Below are positions 17,020 through 27,334 of a DNA stretch of 64,000 nt, in pieces. The translations under genes and the position numbers were made by a program. How positions within the stretch are numbered: position 1 is the first letter of the stretch; every line of letters begins with the position of its first letter. The stretch covers positions 28,997 through 92,996 of IMG/VR virus record IMGVR_UViG_3300045988_112558; one strand, given 5' to 3'. This stretch comes from a virus. The notes beneath the pieces were generated by a model, which saw nothing but the letters and a program-made list of their open reading frames with translations, did not search any database and was not told the DNA's origin.

Positions 17020-20000
17020 TGGCTTCACAGTATAGTATTTTAAGGCAATATGCCCCGTATGTTAGTCCTTACAACATAGATCTTGTTAAGGACGTCATGA
17101 TGTACAAACAGCAGAAGGTTGATGCTGCTCGTGAAAAGATCTATACCCAGGTAGATTATCTTATGGGTCAAGAGATAGATAAGCCTGAAGCCCGCGCTTA
17201 TATGGAAGATAAGATGTCAGGTGTGATTGCTAACATCAATCAAAAATTCAAAGGCGTGGATCTTTCTTCTGATGGTGTTACGAGAGCCATACAAGGAGAG
17301 ATAAGTTCGGTGTTAGATGATACGGTCATTAACGCGATTGCCGGCACAAAAGAAGGCAAGAGGGTTATGAAGGAAATAGAATCTATAAAACAGAATCATC
17401 CTGAACTTTATTCTCCTATTAATGAATGGCATGCTTTGGACCCTTATTACAAATGGAGGTCAGATGGTAAAGCAGGATCAAGGTTGGGAGGTCTTCATTA
17501 TTCTCCTTATGTCGATTATACTAAGGAGATAAATAAGCTGGTCAGTGATTTTAGGAAAAACAACGAAGGCAAGAAGATTCAGACAACAGAATATGATGTT
17601 AAAGGTAATCCTACTGGTGGAATCATAGAAGTCAACGTAGATGAGCTTACTGATTCCCAGATAAGGAATTTTGTGTCTGCTAACTTATCTGAAAACATGA
17701 GGAATCAGATGAGAATAGAAGCATCATACATGGCAGCTACCAATCCGGTGTTCAGTAATCCGGATTTGGTTAGTCAATACATTGGGTCTTATGTCGAAAG
17801 ATACGATAGGCACATAGGAGCATTGGAAGCAAAAAAGAAATCAGTAGGGGATAATAAGGATATTATTGATCGTATTGACAGTCAGATACAGGAAGCTAAA
17901 AATCAGAAAGCAGAAGCCAAGAGGGAGGCAGATATGATAATAGCTTCATCAGATCCGGTAGCGGCTGCTAATTTTGTTGTTACCAATAATCTTTTCGATA
18001 AGATGACTGATGCATGGAGATACGACAATACAAGTTTTGAAAGGAAGAAAGATGATCTTTATTTTGCAAGGTTGGCAGAGGATAGGGCTCAGCAAAAGTT
18101 TTTGACTGATAATGCTAAGTCTATGGTTGAAATATCGTTGGCAAAAGAGCAACTTGCACAGGCTAAGATTGAAACCGAATACATGCGTACTTACGGTTCC
18201 AAGATGGGCACTGAAAGCTCATCCGGAGGCACAAGAGGAGCAGGCGGTGTAGGAGTGCCGATGGCTCCTATGGACGGGCCTACGGCTATCAATTCTGGAA
18301 CGGGTAAGATAGGATCTGTTAATTTGGCTAATATCCCTTATGAACAACTCACATCTTCTTCCACAGAGCGTAGAGCAAATTTATTGAAATTATATAATTC
18401 ATTATCTCCTACAGACAGAAGTAATATCGTTGCAGCATCATACGAAGAAGAAAAAACTGACCCAGGATTGTATGCTAATATGACTCCTGAAGAACGGATA
18501 TATTCTTATTTAAAAAATAATGGAGGTCAGAAAAACGGATATTTTGGACAAGGAAATAACAGACTGTCTGAAGCTTATGATGCTTTACTTCTTTCTGATT
18601 CTAAGGCAAATGGAGCTACAAAGGCTATAAATAACATAACTGATTATCAAATAGATAATATAGTTACTAAAAAAAATAAGGATATTATCAGTAAAGTTCG
18701 TAATGCTAAGTTTATGAAAGGAAATTCTTTTATAAATCTTACCGATACAGATGATAAGGCTGGAGCCTTCCTGCTCGCCACAGCCATAACAACTGGTGTA
18801 TCTGATGCCGTAGGGTTCAGAGAATACATGATGGACCCTTCAAGAGGAATAGATATTCTTAGTGCTATATCTCCGTCATTAGGAGCTAAGGCGAGTGCCG
18901 GCAAGTTGGGGAAAAACATATCTGATGCTATTACAAGCGAGAATAATGGTTCTTCTACTGGTACATTGGCTCTTATTAATGGAATGAAGAAACTCAACGG
19001 CGATCCTGATTTTAATATATCAGATTATATGACCATAGATAAGGATGGTGATATAGATTTAAAAGATTATCAGGAAGGTGAACCATTAACTATTACCCAG
19101 CTAAGATATGCTGAGAAAAACAGTAGAGTGTCTGATATGATAGCAGGTCAGATGCAGGATGAGATAAAAATGTCTGTATCTCCTGATCAGATTTCTGATA
19201 AGTTATCTCAGTATCATTACCTTGATTCTTACAAAAGATACAATTGGAATGCCGATTCACCGGAAAAGTCTTTGCAGAAGGCTCAGTTTAGAAGATTGTC
19301 TGGTTACATGGCAGGAAAGGTAAATAATCTGGATCCTACTGCTATTAATGCCATTAATATGGATGCCGAGATAGATAATGGCACTGTTAGAAGATTCTTG
19401 ACTGCTCAAGTAGGTTCCGGTGAAAATTCTTATGTTACAGAAAGGGTTGAGATTACGAATGACGAGCTTCTTAAGGCGGGTATAGATCCTTCGGTCGAGG
19501 AGCGTAATTATCCGGTGGATGGTTACAAATCAAGTTTTGGAACCTGTGATTTTGTAGATACCGGAAAGAAGGAAGGTTATTCTTATGATAAGTATCTTAT
19601 ACGTAATGGTCTTCCCCGTTTGGCTTCTAAGGCTGATGTTAAGAATGATCTTTATGATATAGTAAAGGTTCATGGTTCTTACCTTAAGCCAGAAGAAATG
19701 AATGTTGTTAAAACCCTTGTTGATAATTTTATTGACATGTCTGATAACATATCAGTTCAGTTGGAGGGAATGGATGACAGGGGTTCAAGAGAGGTAGCGG
19801 TCAATTTCTATGACAAAAGGACTAAAAATTCTAAAAATCCTGCATTGTTGTTCTCGGATTTTGTTCCTTTGGATCCAGGTAATGATGAGTATGCGGATTA
19901 CTGGAATAGCATTCACCAGAAGTGTCCTCAGTACTTCTTTGTAAAATACGTGAAGGAGGCTGTTCAAGAACGTCTTGATCAGATGAGGGATCCGTATATG

Positions 20001-20078
20001 AGAGGAATAAATATCACGCCCAATATGAATGACAAGTTTAGTAAGTTGAACGATTTTTTGCAGAAAATTTATGGCTGA
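17019..20078 (+). CDS. Large virion-module protein (1019 aa), function unknown.
   Basis: GTG start overlapping the upstream stop. Contains a DKDGD pentapeptide at aa 674-678 (nt 19038-19052) of uncertain significance. Confidence 0.55.
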   Translation: MASQYSILRQYAPYVSPYNIDLVKDVMMYKQQKVDAAREKIYTQVDYLMGQEIDKPEARAYMEDKMSGVIANINQKFKGVDLSSDGVTRAIQGEISSVLDDTVINAIAGTKEGKRVMKEIESIKQNHPELYSPINEWHALDPYYKWRSDGKAGSRLGGLHYSPYVDYTKEINKLVSDFRKNNEGKKIQTTEYDVKGNPTGGIIEVNVDELTDSQIRNFVSANLSENMRNQMRIEASYMAATNPVFSNPDLVSQYIGSYVERYDRHIGALEAKKKSVGDNKDIIDRIDSQIQEAKNQKAEAKREADMIIASSDPVAAANFVVTNNLFDKMTDAWRYDNTSFERKKDDLYFARLAEDRAQQKFLTDNAKSMVEISLAKEQLAQAKIETEYMRTYGSKMGTESSSGGTRGAGGVGVPMAPMDGPTAINSGTGKIGSVNLANIPYEQLTSSSTERRANLLKLYNSLSPTDRSNIVAASYEEEKTDPGLYANMTPEERIYSYLKNNGGQKNGYFGQGNNRLSEAYDALLLSDSKANGATKAINNITDYQIDNIVTKKNKDIISKVRNAKFMKGNSFINLTDTDDKAGAFLLATAITTGVSDAVGFREYMMDPSRGIDILSAISPSLGAKASAGKLGKNISDAITSENNGSSTGTLALINGMKKLNGDPDFNISDYMTIDKDGDIDLKDYQEGEPLTITQLRYAEKNSRVSDMIAGQMQDEIKMSVSPDQISDKLSQYHYLDSYKRYNWNADSPEKSLQKAQFRRLSGYMAGKVNNLDPTAINAINMDAEIDNGTVRRFLTAQVGSGENSYVTERVEITNDELLKAGIDPSVEERNYPVDGYKSSFGTCDFVDTGKKEGYSYDKYLIRNGLPRLASKADVKNDLYDIVKVHGSYLKPEEMNVVKTLVDNFIDMSDNISVQLEGMDDRGSREVAVNFYDKRTKNSKNPALLFSDFVPLDPGNDEYADYWNSIHQKCPQYFFVKYVKEAVQERLDQMRDPYMRGINITPNMNDKFSKLNDFLQKIYG

Positions 20079-23000
20079 CAATAATATAGATAGATATAAT
20101 CCTGCTGCTAAAACCACTTACGAAGATGTGGCAAGGCAAAGGAAATTAGCCGAAGAAGAGAATTACACTCCGGCTACATTACCAGAGACGACAACACCTC
20201 TGGTTCCTAATTATATGCCTGGTGAAGGTGTGTATGCCCAACCTAAATTTCCGGATTACGCATCAAGGATAGCTGCTGCCGAATACGAAGAACCGTATAT
20301 AGCCAAGGAGATAAGCAACAGCTACTCGGAGGCACTGGCTCGTAACAGCTACAGGGGGGCTACACCTGTCCCGCCGCCTCTTAATCCCTATGGACCGAAG
20401 GTAAGTATCCGTGAAAGTCATCAGATGGGTAATGATGGGGTATGGCGTACAAAATATCCCAACTATATTCCGGGTATAAATAATGAGGATTATTATGCCA
20501 GGAGACAGAGCGGGTGGAGTAAGTTTTGGAATGGTGTAGGTAAATTCGCTTTAAAGTCTGCATTGTACGGTGCGCAAGGAGTTGTGTCATTGCCTGACAA
20601 ACTTATCAATATGGCATCTGAGGGAAGTTACAAAGCTGCGTTAAACACTAACATGGATAAGTTTGTAGGTGATCTTGACCAGCAAATAGACATGCTTCTT
20701 CCCCATTATTACAAGAAAGAGGTAGAAGATTATAATTTCGGTCAGAAGCTTTTTAAGGATACCGGTAATTTCTTGTGGAATGATGTCCTTGGTAATGGTA
20801 TGTCTTTTACCGTAGGAGCCATGATATCAGCGTACATGACCGGAGGACTTGGAGTTGGATCATTGGGTAATATAGGCGCTAAATTAGGTGGAAGAATCGG
20901 AGCTAAGTTAGCAGCAAGGCAAGCTGCCAATAGGGGCATAGGAAGCCTTAAAAGCGTGTTTAACGACTATGTAAGAAAAGGAGTTGCTACCGGAAGAAAT
21001 GTAGGGGAGGCGGCTAAGACCATGACGTTGTTGGCTACCAGTGCCGGATTCGAGTCATCGGTTGAAGCAAATTCTTTTATGAAGCAATCTGAGTCTGATT
21101 TCAAGGATTATTATCGTAAGATTTATGGTCGTGATCCCAATGCAGAGGAAATGGCTGTTTTTCGTAATTCTAATGCTGATGTAGGTAGTGCTATATTTGC
21201 CGCCAATATGGGTATCATAGGATTATCTAACTGGCTTCTTTTTGGTAAGTATATAGGGTTAGGAGGCAAGGCTATACCAGGGTTGGAAAAGAGGCTCAAC
21301 AAGCATTTATTTGGATTAGGGACGGAAGTTGCGAAGCCGGGAGAGATGGCTATTAAAATAACCAATCCCAATATAGGACAGAAGATAGCAGGCAATGTTT
21401 TCAATATCATGAAAAGACCGGTATCTGAAGGCTTATGGGAAGAAGGATCTCAAGGTGCTGTTCAGAATACGGCTGAGGAATATGTTAAGTCAAGATATGA
21501 TAATGTCGCCATGAACGGAGCCGTTGATGTTCTTGATGCTATTTCTGAAGGATTTAAAAAGCAATATACGTCTAAAGAAGGATGGACTGAAATAGGAATC
21601 GGTGCTATTATCGGTTCTTTGTTTGGTATGAGAGAAGGCTTCTTTGGGGTGAAAGAGTATAGTAATAGTCAGATCTTGCTGGAAAGGCAAGTGAATGAAT
21701 ATAACAAAGCATCTTCTAATCTTAACACGGCGGCTTTGAATACGTTGAAAAAATCAATGAGTTTAGGGCCTCAAGTTCGTTCCGATGCCCAGTCTATGAC
21801 TGGTAAGGAGCTTGATGATGCTATGTTTGAAAAGATGTCTATTGACAACCAAATGGGAACCTTAGAGGATTCGGCTGAAAATTTCCGGCAGATGATTGAT
21901 ATGATGCCTATTTCGGAAATAGCCGAAGCTAATGGAATGTCTTTGGAAGAGGCAAAGAAATACAAGGACTCTATTATTGATAATTATAATAATCGTCTTT
22001 CGGATTTCAGATCTGCCCAGAGTTTTGCCGAAGATCTTATAGGTGATGATTCTAAGATTGAGTTTAGGAAATACGTGGCTCGTAATGCTTTTCTTGGTCT
22101 TCAATCGGAATCAAGAATGAAAGACATAGCTTCTGTCATAGAAACGCTTTCGGGGCAGCCTCGCGTGGCGGATGCTCTAAGTACGTTCTCCCGGCTGTCG
22201 GACAGGGCAAGGGAGCGGGCGATGGCTATCCGTGGCATACGGTCAAGAATAGAAGAACTTGAATCCGAAATAGAAGATCTTGCTACCCGCCCTCGCAACG
22301 TAGAAGGGAAAGATCCACAAGCTGAATCCATACAACGAAAAACCAAAGAATTGGAAAGCCTTAGAACCAATTACAACAATTCGTTGTCTGAGTTATCAAC
22401 GTTAATAGGAAAAGAGTTTTCGATAGAAGAGCTGGTAAGTAAAACCGAATCTGTTTTATCATCTCCTCTTTCTCCCATAAGTTCACAAGATGTGATAGAA
22501 GCCTATGATACGCTTGTGGCTTTTGATGATTATTTTAATGTAAAATCAAGACAGGAAAAGAAGTTTACAGCCAAAGACAAAGCCATGAGATCCTTGGTAA
22601 ATGAATACCGAAGAAGTTTGATGGACTATAGGAATATGAATAACTTCTTGTCTAAGATGCTTGATAAAAGATTCTTAGCTGAGGAAAACAGGGGGTTTTC
22701 AAAAGCGCTGTCTTCTCTATGGTCTACTCCTTATAAAGGGGATGACAAGGTTCCTGATTTTGCAGAGTCTAATAAAGTTGGTGAATATGACACTGATGAG
22801 GTAGTAGATCAAGCTGTGTCAGAAGGTAAGATTTCGGAAGACGAAGCTTGGACTATCAAGGCTTTTATGCATGCTCTTGATAAAGTAAGGGAAGATAGGA
22901 TGAAGGAAGCAGAAGATGATATAAAAGAGTCACCGCTTACGGAGTCTGTATCGGATGAAGATTATGAGGCTGCTATGGATAATCCTATTATGGTTCCGGT

Positions 23001-26000
23001 AGTAAGGCAGTCTATAATTGATAAACTATATACAGGTAATGCCGATCTTCTTACTGCGAGAGAAAAAGATGTGTATGATAAATACAAACAAGATTTTGAT
23101 GATTATGTATCGTCTTTAGGTGATAGTCCTGTTAATCTCATTAAATCATTATCTGAAAAGGCTGACAGGCTTACAAGTCCGAGATCAGTATATGAGGAAA
23201 ATAAAGCTATTATTGATATGGCTAAGTCTAATTTGGAGCCAGATCAAAGAAGGGAGCTTGATGATGCTATTTCTTCGTATGTTGATATAATGAACAGGCG
23301 GGACAAAGGAGAGAAAGTTGACGAAGATAAACTTGCAGATTCGGTATTTACCATAGAAGATCTTGGCCAGGTTGGAAATATCACGGACCTCCTTCCTTAT
23401 ATCGAGCAAAACAGGATTATTGATAAAGGTCGTATCTCTGAATCTACGTTAAGTAATTTCGGGGAGGATGATGCTAATATAGATTCTCTTGTAAATGAAT
23501 TAGACGAATCTGATAATACGCCGGGAGCCAATATAGATAGCGCCCAGAATCCAGAGACGTTGATGGTTAGAAGAATCTCTAATGATGGCAATGAAAGGTA
23601 TGAAATTGCGGGTCTTAGAGCCGATAAATTTATATCTTCCATAAAATCATTGGTTCCTATTCAAATAAGCTCTGAAACGAACGCTAATGGCACTAAAAGG
23701 TATTCTCTTAACATAGGTGGAGAAACGGCTACTATAATTGAACTTCCTTATCATGCGAGATGGTCTATAGATAAAGAATCGGCTCGTGTTCTTAACCGTT
23801 ACACAGATGTGTCTATTCAGGACGTGGGTAATTCCTATTCTTTGGTTTATAAGCGTCTTGATTCAGATGAGTTGGTTCCGTACAGAACAGGTGTCGGATT
23901 CGGAGAGAATGAAGTAGATAAAATAGATCAGGAAGCATTATCTTCTTTGAAAAAAGGAGATAAGGTTAATCTCGAAATAGATGTAAATGATACTTATAAT
24001 CAGTCTCTTTTTACCGAATACAATGACGCTGTTCAGTCAGGCGATAAAAAAAGAATAGAATCTGCTGAGAATAAACTGGTGTCCAATATGGTTATCAAGG
24101 TCATGAGTGGGAACAGATTCGTTTCTGTTGTAAAAGCTGATACAGGAGGCATAGATGGTATAAGTAAAATAAGAAGAACGGCTTTTAACAAGTGGAAGAA
24201 AGATGCTGGTCGGTCGGCTACCATCAGCGTCGGCACGCATGTTGTTGCCCAGACTCTTCCCGGAAGACCGGTATTTAACATGAGGGTGAACGGTCAAGGA
24301 TATGGCCAGGTAGAAAATCTCCCTATTACCGAAAAAGGTGCTGAAAAAGTATCTGATGTCGGATATGTATTAAATGGCAAAGTCGTGCTTAAGAACGGCT
24401 CTAAATACACAGGCTTCCCATTTGCTTATTCTATATTAAATGACAAGGGGAATAATTACAAAAATGTAAGAGTTCCGGTAGTTGTCATCAAAGGTAAAAA
24501 CGGTCTTAATTATCTTTTCCCTGTTAGTCTACGTTCTGTAGAATCAGAGGAAGGAAAGAAATGGATTTCTTTTATAGATATGCTGCTTGAATCCGGTGAC
24601 TCTGAATTGTTGCAGATGGGTCAAGATGACATACAAGATCTTAATGCGTATCTGACCAAGTTAGGTCTTGATCCGGCTTCGTATCAAGTATCGTATTTGA
24701 ATCCTATTTCAGGGCTTATAAAAGCTCGTGAGGCTATAGAAAAATTATCTACGGTTCCTGATGTTGTTAAGTGGGTAGAGGATGGAAGTAGGAGCGTTAA
24801 AGACATTGTGACATCTGAAGTAGAATCTGGAATAGATTTCGAAGGTGAGATGTTTGTCGCTCCTAAGATCAGGATTCAGTTTGGTAAATCATCTTCCAGC
24901 CCTAAGTCGCTTATAGAGGATGATCTTCCTTTCTCTGATGAGGGTAAGACCGTTACTTCTAAAGAATACGTGGATGTTTATGAAGAGGAAATGCCAGAGG
25001 AAGGAGCTGTCAGGGGGACTCAGCCGGCGCCATTAGCTCAGCCGGCTCCTGCGGCACAAGCTATGCAGTCTTTACCTGGCAAGAAGCGTACCTCCAGGAA
25101 AAACTTCTCTCTTATGTTAAACGAAATAGAATCTCATATAGAAAAAGAAGGATTGCCGCCTTATGCTAATATTTTTGATTTTATAGCAAGGAAGATTGTA
25201 GGAGGTGACTTGAGGTTTCTTCGTGAGAGAGGTAATCCTAAAAGTCTTAAGGAGGAAATGGGATTAGAACCTAAAGGAACAGTAGGTGATAAAATATCCA
25301 CTCCTTCCAGTAAAGGTGGTAAGACCTTAAATGAATACGTTTCTTGGCTTCGTTCTCAAACAGATCAGGTGGTGGTTGATTATGTTGGGCCAAGATCTGA
25401 CGAACAAATTATATCAGAGTTGAAAAACTTTTTGAAATATATTAATTTTGTTCCGAGTAAGGCTTTGAATTATTCTCTTAGAGTCAATGGCATGGATACC
25501 CTAAAAGAATATGGCACAAAAGAGGAAGTAGAAAAAATGGAATCTGATATCAATAGTTTGGTTTCTAAAGTTTTGCCTACGGTGGATAATAAAACTGTAG
25601 AAGATGTTTCTACTGCAATAAAATCAAACAACTTGCCTGCCATATGGGAGCCCGTGGAAAGCCTTGATATGACAAACGAGGAAAAAATAGAGTTTTTGAA
25701 TAACGTAGCAGATTTCCTTAGCGGCATACCAGAGTATGATGCTGTCGTGGAGTCTATAGAGTCAGAATCAGATAATATTTTAAATGATGGAAAAGAAGGA
25801 AGTGCAGAAGGCGGTGCAGTACGCACTGAGGAAGATGGCGATAAAAAGGGAGATGGAGAAGGCAAAGGACAATCCAGAACAAATGTCGAAGTTAAAGGAA
25901 ATGTCGAATTACCTGGATATGAAGAAGGAAGAGTAGATAACTATAGGAAGAACGGAGATAAGTTCTCTGACATTGCTGAAGTCACTTTATGGCTACTTAG

Positions 26001-26712
26001 AAGGGCTGCCGGCATAACCTCTATCCCGGAAGGAGAAGAGGTTTATGTAGAGGGAGATGAGGTTAATAGTATTATGACCGATATGGAATCAAGGTATGGT
26101 ATAGACACCATCAGTCACTCGCATACGACTAAGGCTATAAGGGATCTTAACGGCGTATCAGGTTATAAAGTAGAATACGGCTTAACCTTTTTGACATACG
26201 ATCCTTTTATTAGGATATCCAATCCAAGGGAAGAATATAAGGCTGCGAAAGACGAGCCTCGTATATCCGAAGAACCGCTTACTCACATATCGAGGGTGAC
26301 AACCCCTTATTTCCTGTACGGCGGCGATGAAGCATATACATCTGTTCCGGCTAAGGTAGAACCTATACCGGAGGAGATAATGGGTCGTAATGGCATTAAA
26401 TTTGGTATGAGTGTAGTCGAGTTAACCAAATTAGGGTACAAAAAAGCTGGTGGAAACTGGATATATAAATTCTATATGAACTCAGGTGTGTATGATTTGT
26501 ATAATATCAGTACCGGTGAAGCGTTTAGGGCAAAACCGGATCTTGGAGTTAAGATAAGTTCCAGTGCATTCATTCGCTCTTTGTCTCAATCTGGTAGAAA
26601 AATACAAAATATGATGAGTAACATGAGTCAGGAAGAGATAGATAGGAATAAGAATCTCGTAGAAGGTTCTGATAATTCGGATTCGATAAATGAGTTAAAT
26701 AAGGAGTGTTGA
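20071..26712 (+). CDS. Giant virion-module protein (2213 aa) with Gly-rich and coiled-coil segments. Possibly an internal/ejected protein.
   Basis: ATG overlaps the upstream stop (ATGGCTGA). Carries a GGLGVGSLGNIGAKLGGRIGAKL glycine-zipper-like stretch and long E/R/L-rich coiled coils. Confidence 0.6.
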   Translation: MADNNIDRYNPAAKTTYEDVARQRKLAEEENYTPATLPETTTPLVPNYMPGEGVYAQPKFPDYASRIAAAEYEEPYIAKEISNSYSEALARNSYRGATPVPPPLNPYGPKVSIRESHQMGNDGVWRTKYPNYIPGINNEDYYARRQSGWSKFWNGVGKFALKSALYGAQGVVSLPDKLINMASEGSYKAALNTNMDKFVGDLDQQIDMLLPHYYKKEVEDYNFGQKLFKDTGNFLWNDVLGNGMSFTVGAMISAYMTGGLGVGSLGNIGAKLGGRIGAKLAARQAANRGIGSLKSVFNDYVRKGVATGRNVGEAAKTMTLLATSAGFESSVEANSFMKQSESDFKDYYRKIYGRDPNAEEMAVFRNSNADVGSAIFAANMGIIGLSNWLLFGKYIGLGGKAIPGLEKRLNKHLFGLGTEVAKPGEMAIKITNPNIGQKIAGNVFNIMKRPVSEGLWEEGSQGAVQNTAEEYVKSRYDNVAMNGAVDVLDAISEGFKKQYTSKEGWTEIGIGAIIGSLFGMREGFFGVKEYSNSQILLERQVNEYNKASSNLNTAALNTLKKSMSLGPQVRSDAQSMTGKELDDAMFEKMSIDNQMGTLEDSAENFRQMIDMMPISEIAEANGMSLEEAKKYKDSIIDNYNNRLSDFRSAQSFAEDLIGDDSKIEFRKYVARNAFLGLQSESRMKDIASVIETLSGQPRVADALSTFSRLSDRARERAMAIRGIRSRIEELESEIEDLATRPRNVEGKDPQAESIQRKTKELESLRTNYNNSLSELSTLIGKEFSIEELVSKTESVLSSPLSPISSQDVIEAYDTLVAFDDYFNVKSRQEKKFTAKDKAMRSLVNEYRRSLMDYRNMNNFLSKMLDKRFLAEENRGFSKALSSLWSTPYKGDDKVPDFAESNKVGEYDTDEVVDQAVSEGKISEDEAWTIKAFMHALDKVREDRMKEAEDDIKESPLTESVSDEDYEAAMDNPIMVPVVRQSIIDKLYTGNADLLTAREKDVYDKYKQDFDDYVSSLGDSPVNLIKSLSEKADRLTSPRSVYEENKAIIDMAKSNLEPDQRRELDDAISSYVDIMNRRDKGEKVDEDKLADSVFTIEDLGQVGNITDLLPYIEQNRIIDKGRISESTLSNFGEDDANIDSLVNELDESDNTPGANIDSAQNPETLMVRRISNDGNERYEIAGLRADKFISSIKSLVPIQISSETNANGTKRYSLNIGGETATIIELPYHARWSIDKESARVLNRYTDVSIQDVGNSYSLVYKRLDSDELVPYRTGVGFGENEVDKIDQEALSSLKKGDKVNLEIDVNDTYNQSLFTEYNDAVQSGDKKRIESAENKLVSNMVIKVMSGNRFVSVVKADTGGIDGISKIRRTAFNKWKKDAGRSATISVGTHVVAQTLPGRPVFNMRVNGQGYGQVENLPITEKGAEKVSDVGYVLNGKVVLKNGSKYTGFPFAYSILNDKGNNYKNVRVPVVVIKGKNGLNYLFPVSLRSVESEEGKKWISFIDMLLESGDSELLQMGQDDIQDLNAYLTKLGLDPASYQVSYLNPISGLIKAREAIEKLSTVPDVVKWVEDGSRSVKDIVTSEVESGIDFEGEMFVAPKIRIQFGKSSSSPKSLIEDDLPFSDEGKTVTSKEYVDVYEEEMPEEGAVRGTQPAPLAQPAPAAQAMQSLPGKKRTSRKNFSLMLNEIESHIEKEGLPPYANIFDFIARKIVGGDLRFLRERGNPKSLKEEMGLEPKGTVGDKISTPSSKGGKTLNEYVSWLRSQTDQVVVDYVGPRSDEQIISELKNFLKYINFVPSKALNYSLRVNGMDTLKEYGTKEEVEKMESDINSLVSKVLPTVDNKTVEDVSTAIKSNNLPAIWEPVESLDMTNEEKIEFLNNVADFLSGIPEYDAVVESIESESDNILNDGKEGSAEGGAVRTEEDGDKKGDGEGKGQSRTNVEVKGNVELPGYEEGRVDNYRKNGDKFSDIAEVTLWLLRRAAGITSIPEGEEVYVEGDEVNSIMTDMESRYGIDTISHSHTTKAIRDLNGVSGYKVEYGLTFLTYDPFIRISNPREEYKAAKDEPRISEEPLTHISRVTTPYFLYGGDEAYTSVPAKVEPIPEEIMGRNGIKFGMSVVELTKLGYKKAGGNWIYKFYMNSGVYDLYNISTGEAFRAKPDLGVKISSSAFIRSLSQSGRKIQNMMSNMSQEEIDRNKNLVEGSDNSDSINELNKEC

Positions 26713-26714
26713 GT

Positions 26715-27293
26715 ATGAGAAGGAGATACGAAGATGTTTCAAGTTTTGTTCAGTATCAGTTGAAGACCAATCAGCAGGGGAATATAGAGGTTTATGTTGA
26801 TGACAGGTTTGTTGGAAACGTAAGTGAAGGAGTCTGTAATTGGAAGGATATTGAATACAAGAGTAAGGTTACTATATCTTTGAAAGGAGTCGAGGGTAAG
26901 GCTAAAACTTCAAGTAAAAGAGTCGGTCCTTATTGTCACATTTATAGCATATTTGGAGGAAATGAATCTTATCATGCAGGTCCGGATAGTAATATAAAAA
27001 AGAGTCCGGTTACCACCTTTATAATGTATTGTTATAAAAATGGGGATATTACAACTACCACTACTTATACTAAAAATTTATCTGAAACTCTTCAGATAGG
27101 TAAAACACAATTGACTATCAATTACAAACAAAGTAAAAGTCAGTCTTTCTCCGGTGGTTCTAGAGATTATGTAACATCCGTATCTGATTTCCCTTTTGTT
27201 ACTGGTCCAGGAAATGATAGCGTTGAGTTCGAAGGAGAGGGAAGATTGATAGTTGAGACAGAGGCTTCGCATTATGAAATAGAAGTCTCATAA
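26715..27293 (+). CDS. Hypothetical protein (192 aa).
   Basis: ATG at 26715, 2 nt after the upstream stop. An AAGGAG motif lies 9 nt upstream. Confidence 0.55.
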   Translation: MRRRYEDVSSFVQYQLKTNQQGNIEVYVDDRFVGNVSEGVCNWKDIEYKSKVTISLKGVEGKAKTSSKRVGPYCHIYSIFGGNESYHAGPDSNIKKSPVTTFIMYCYKNGDITTTTTYTKNLSETLQIGKTQLTINYKQSKSQSFSGGSRDYVTSVSDFPFVTGPGNDSVEFEGEGRLIVETEASHYEIEVS

Positions 27294-27334
27294 TTTCTAT
27301 TTTTATACTATCTTTGTCTAAAATATTTATCACT

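Noticed and set aside
19038-19052. DKDGD pentapeptide in the 1019-aa protein, resembling the DxDGD metal-binding motif of multisubunit and phage virion RNA polymerases.
   Set aside because: A single short acidic motif with none of the surrounding RNAP signatures (no NADFDGD context, no second double-psi beta-barrel motif recognised) is more likely chance or a Ca-binding loop. Noted only as something a structure prediction could revisit.
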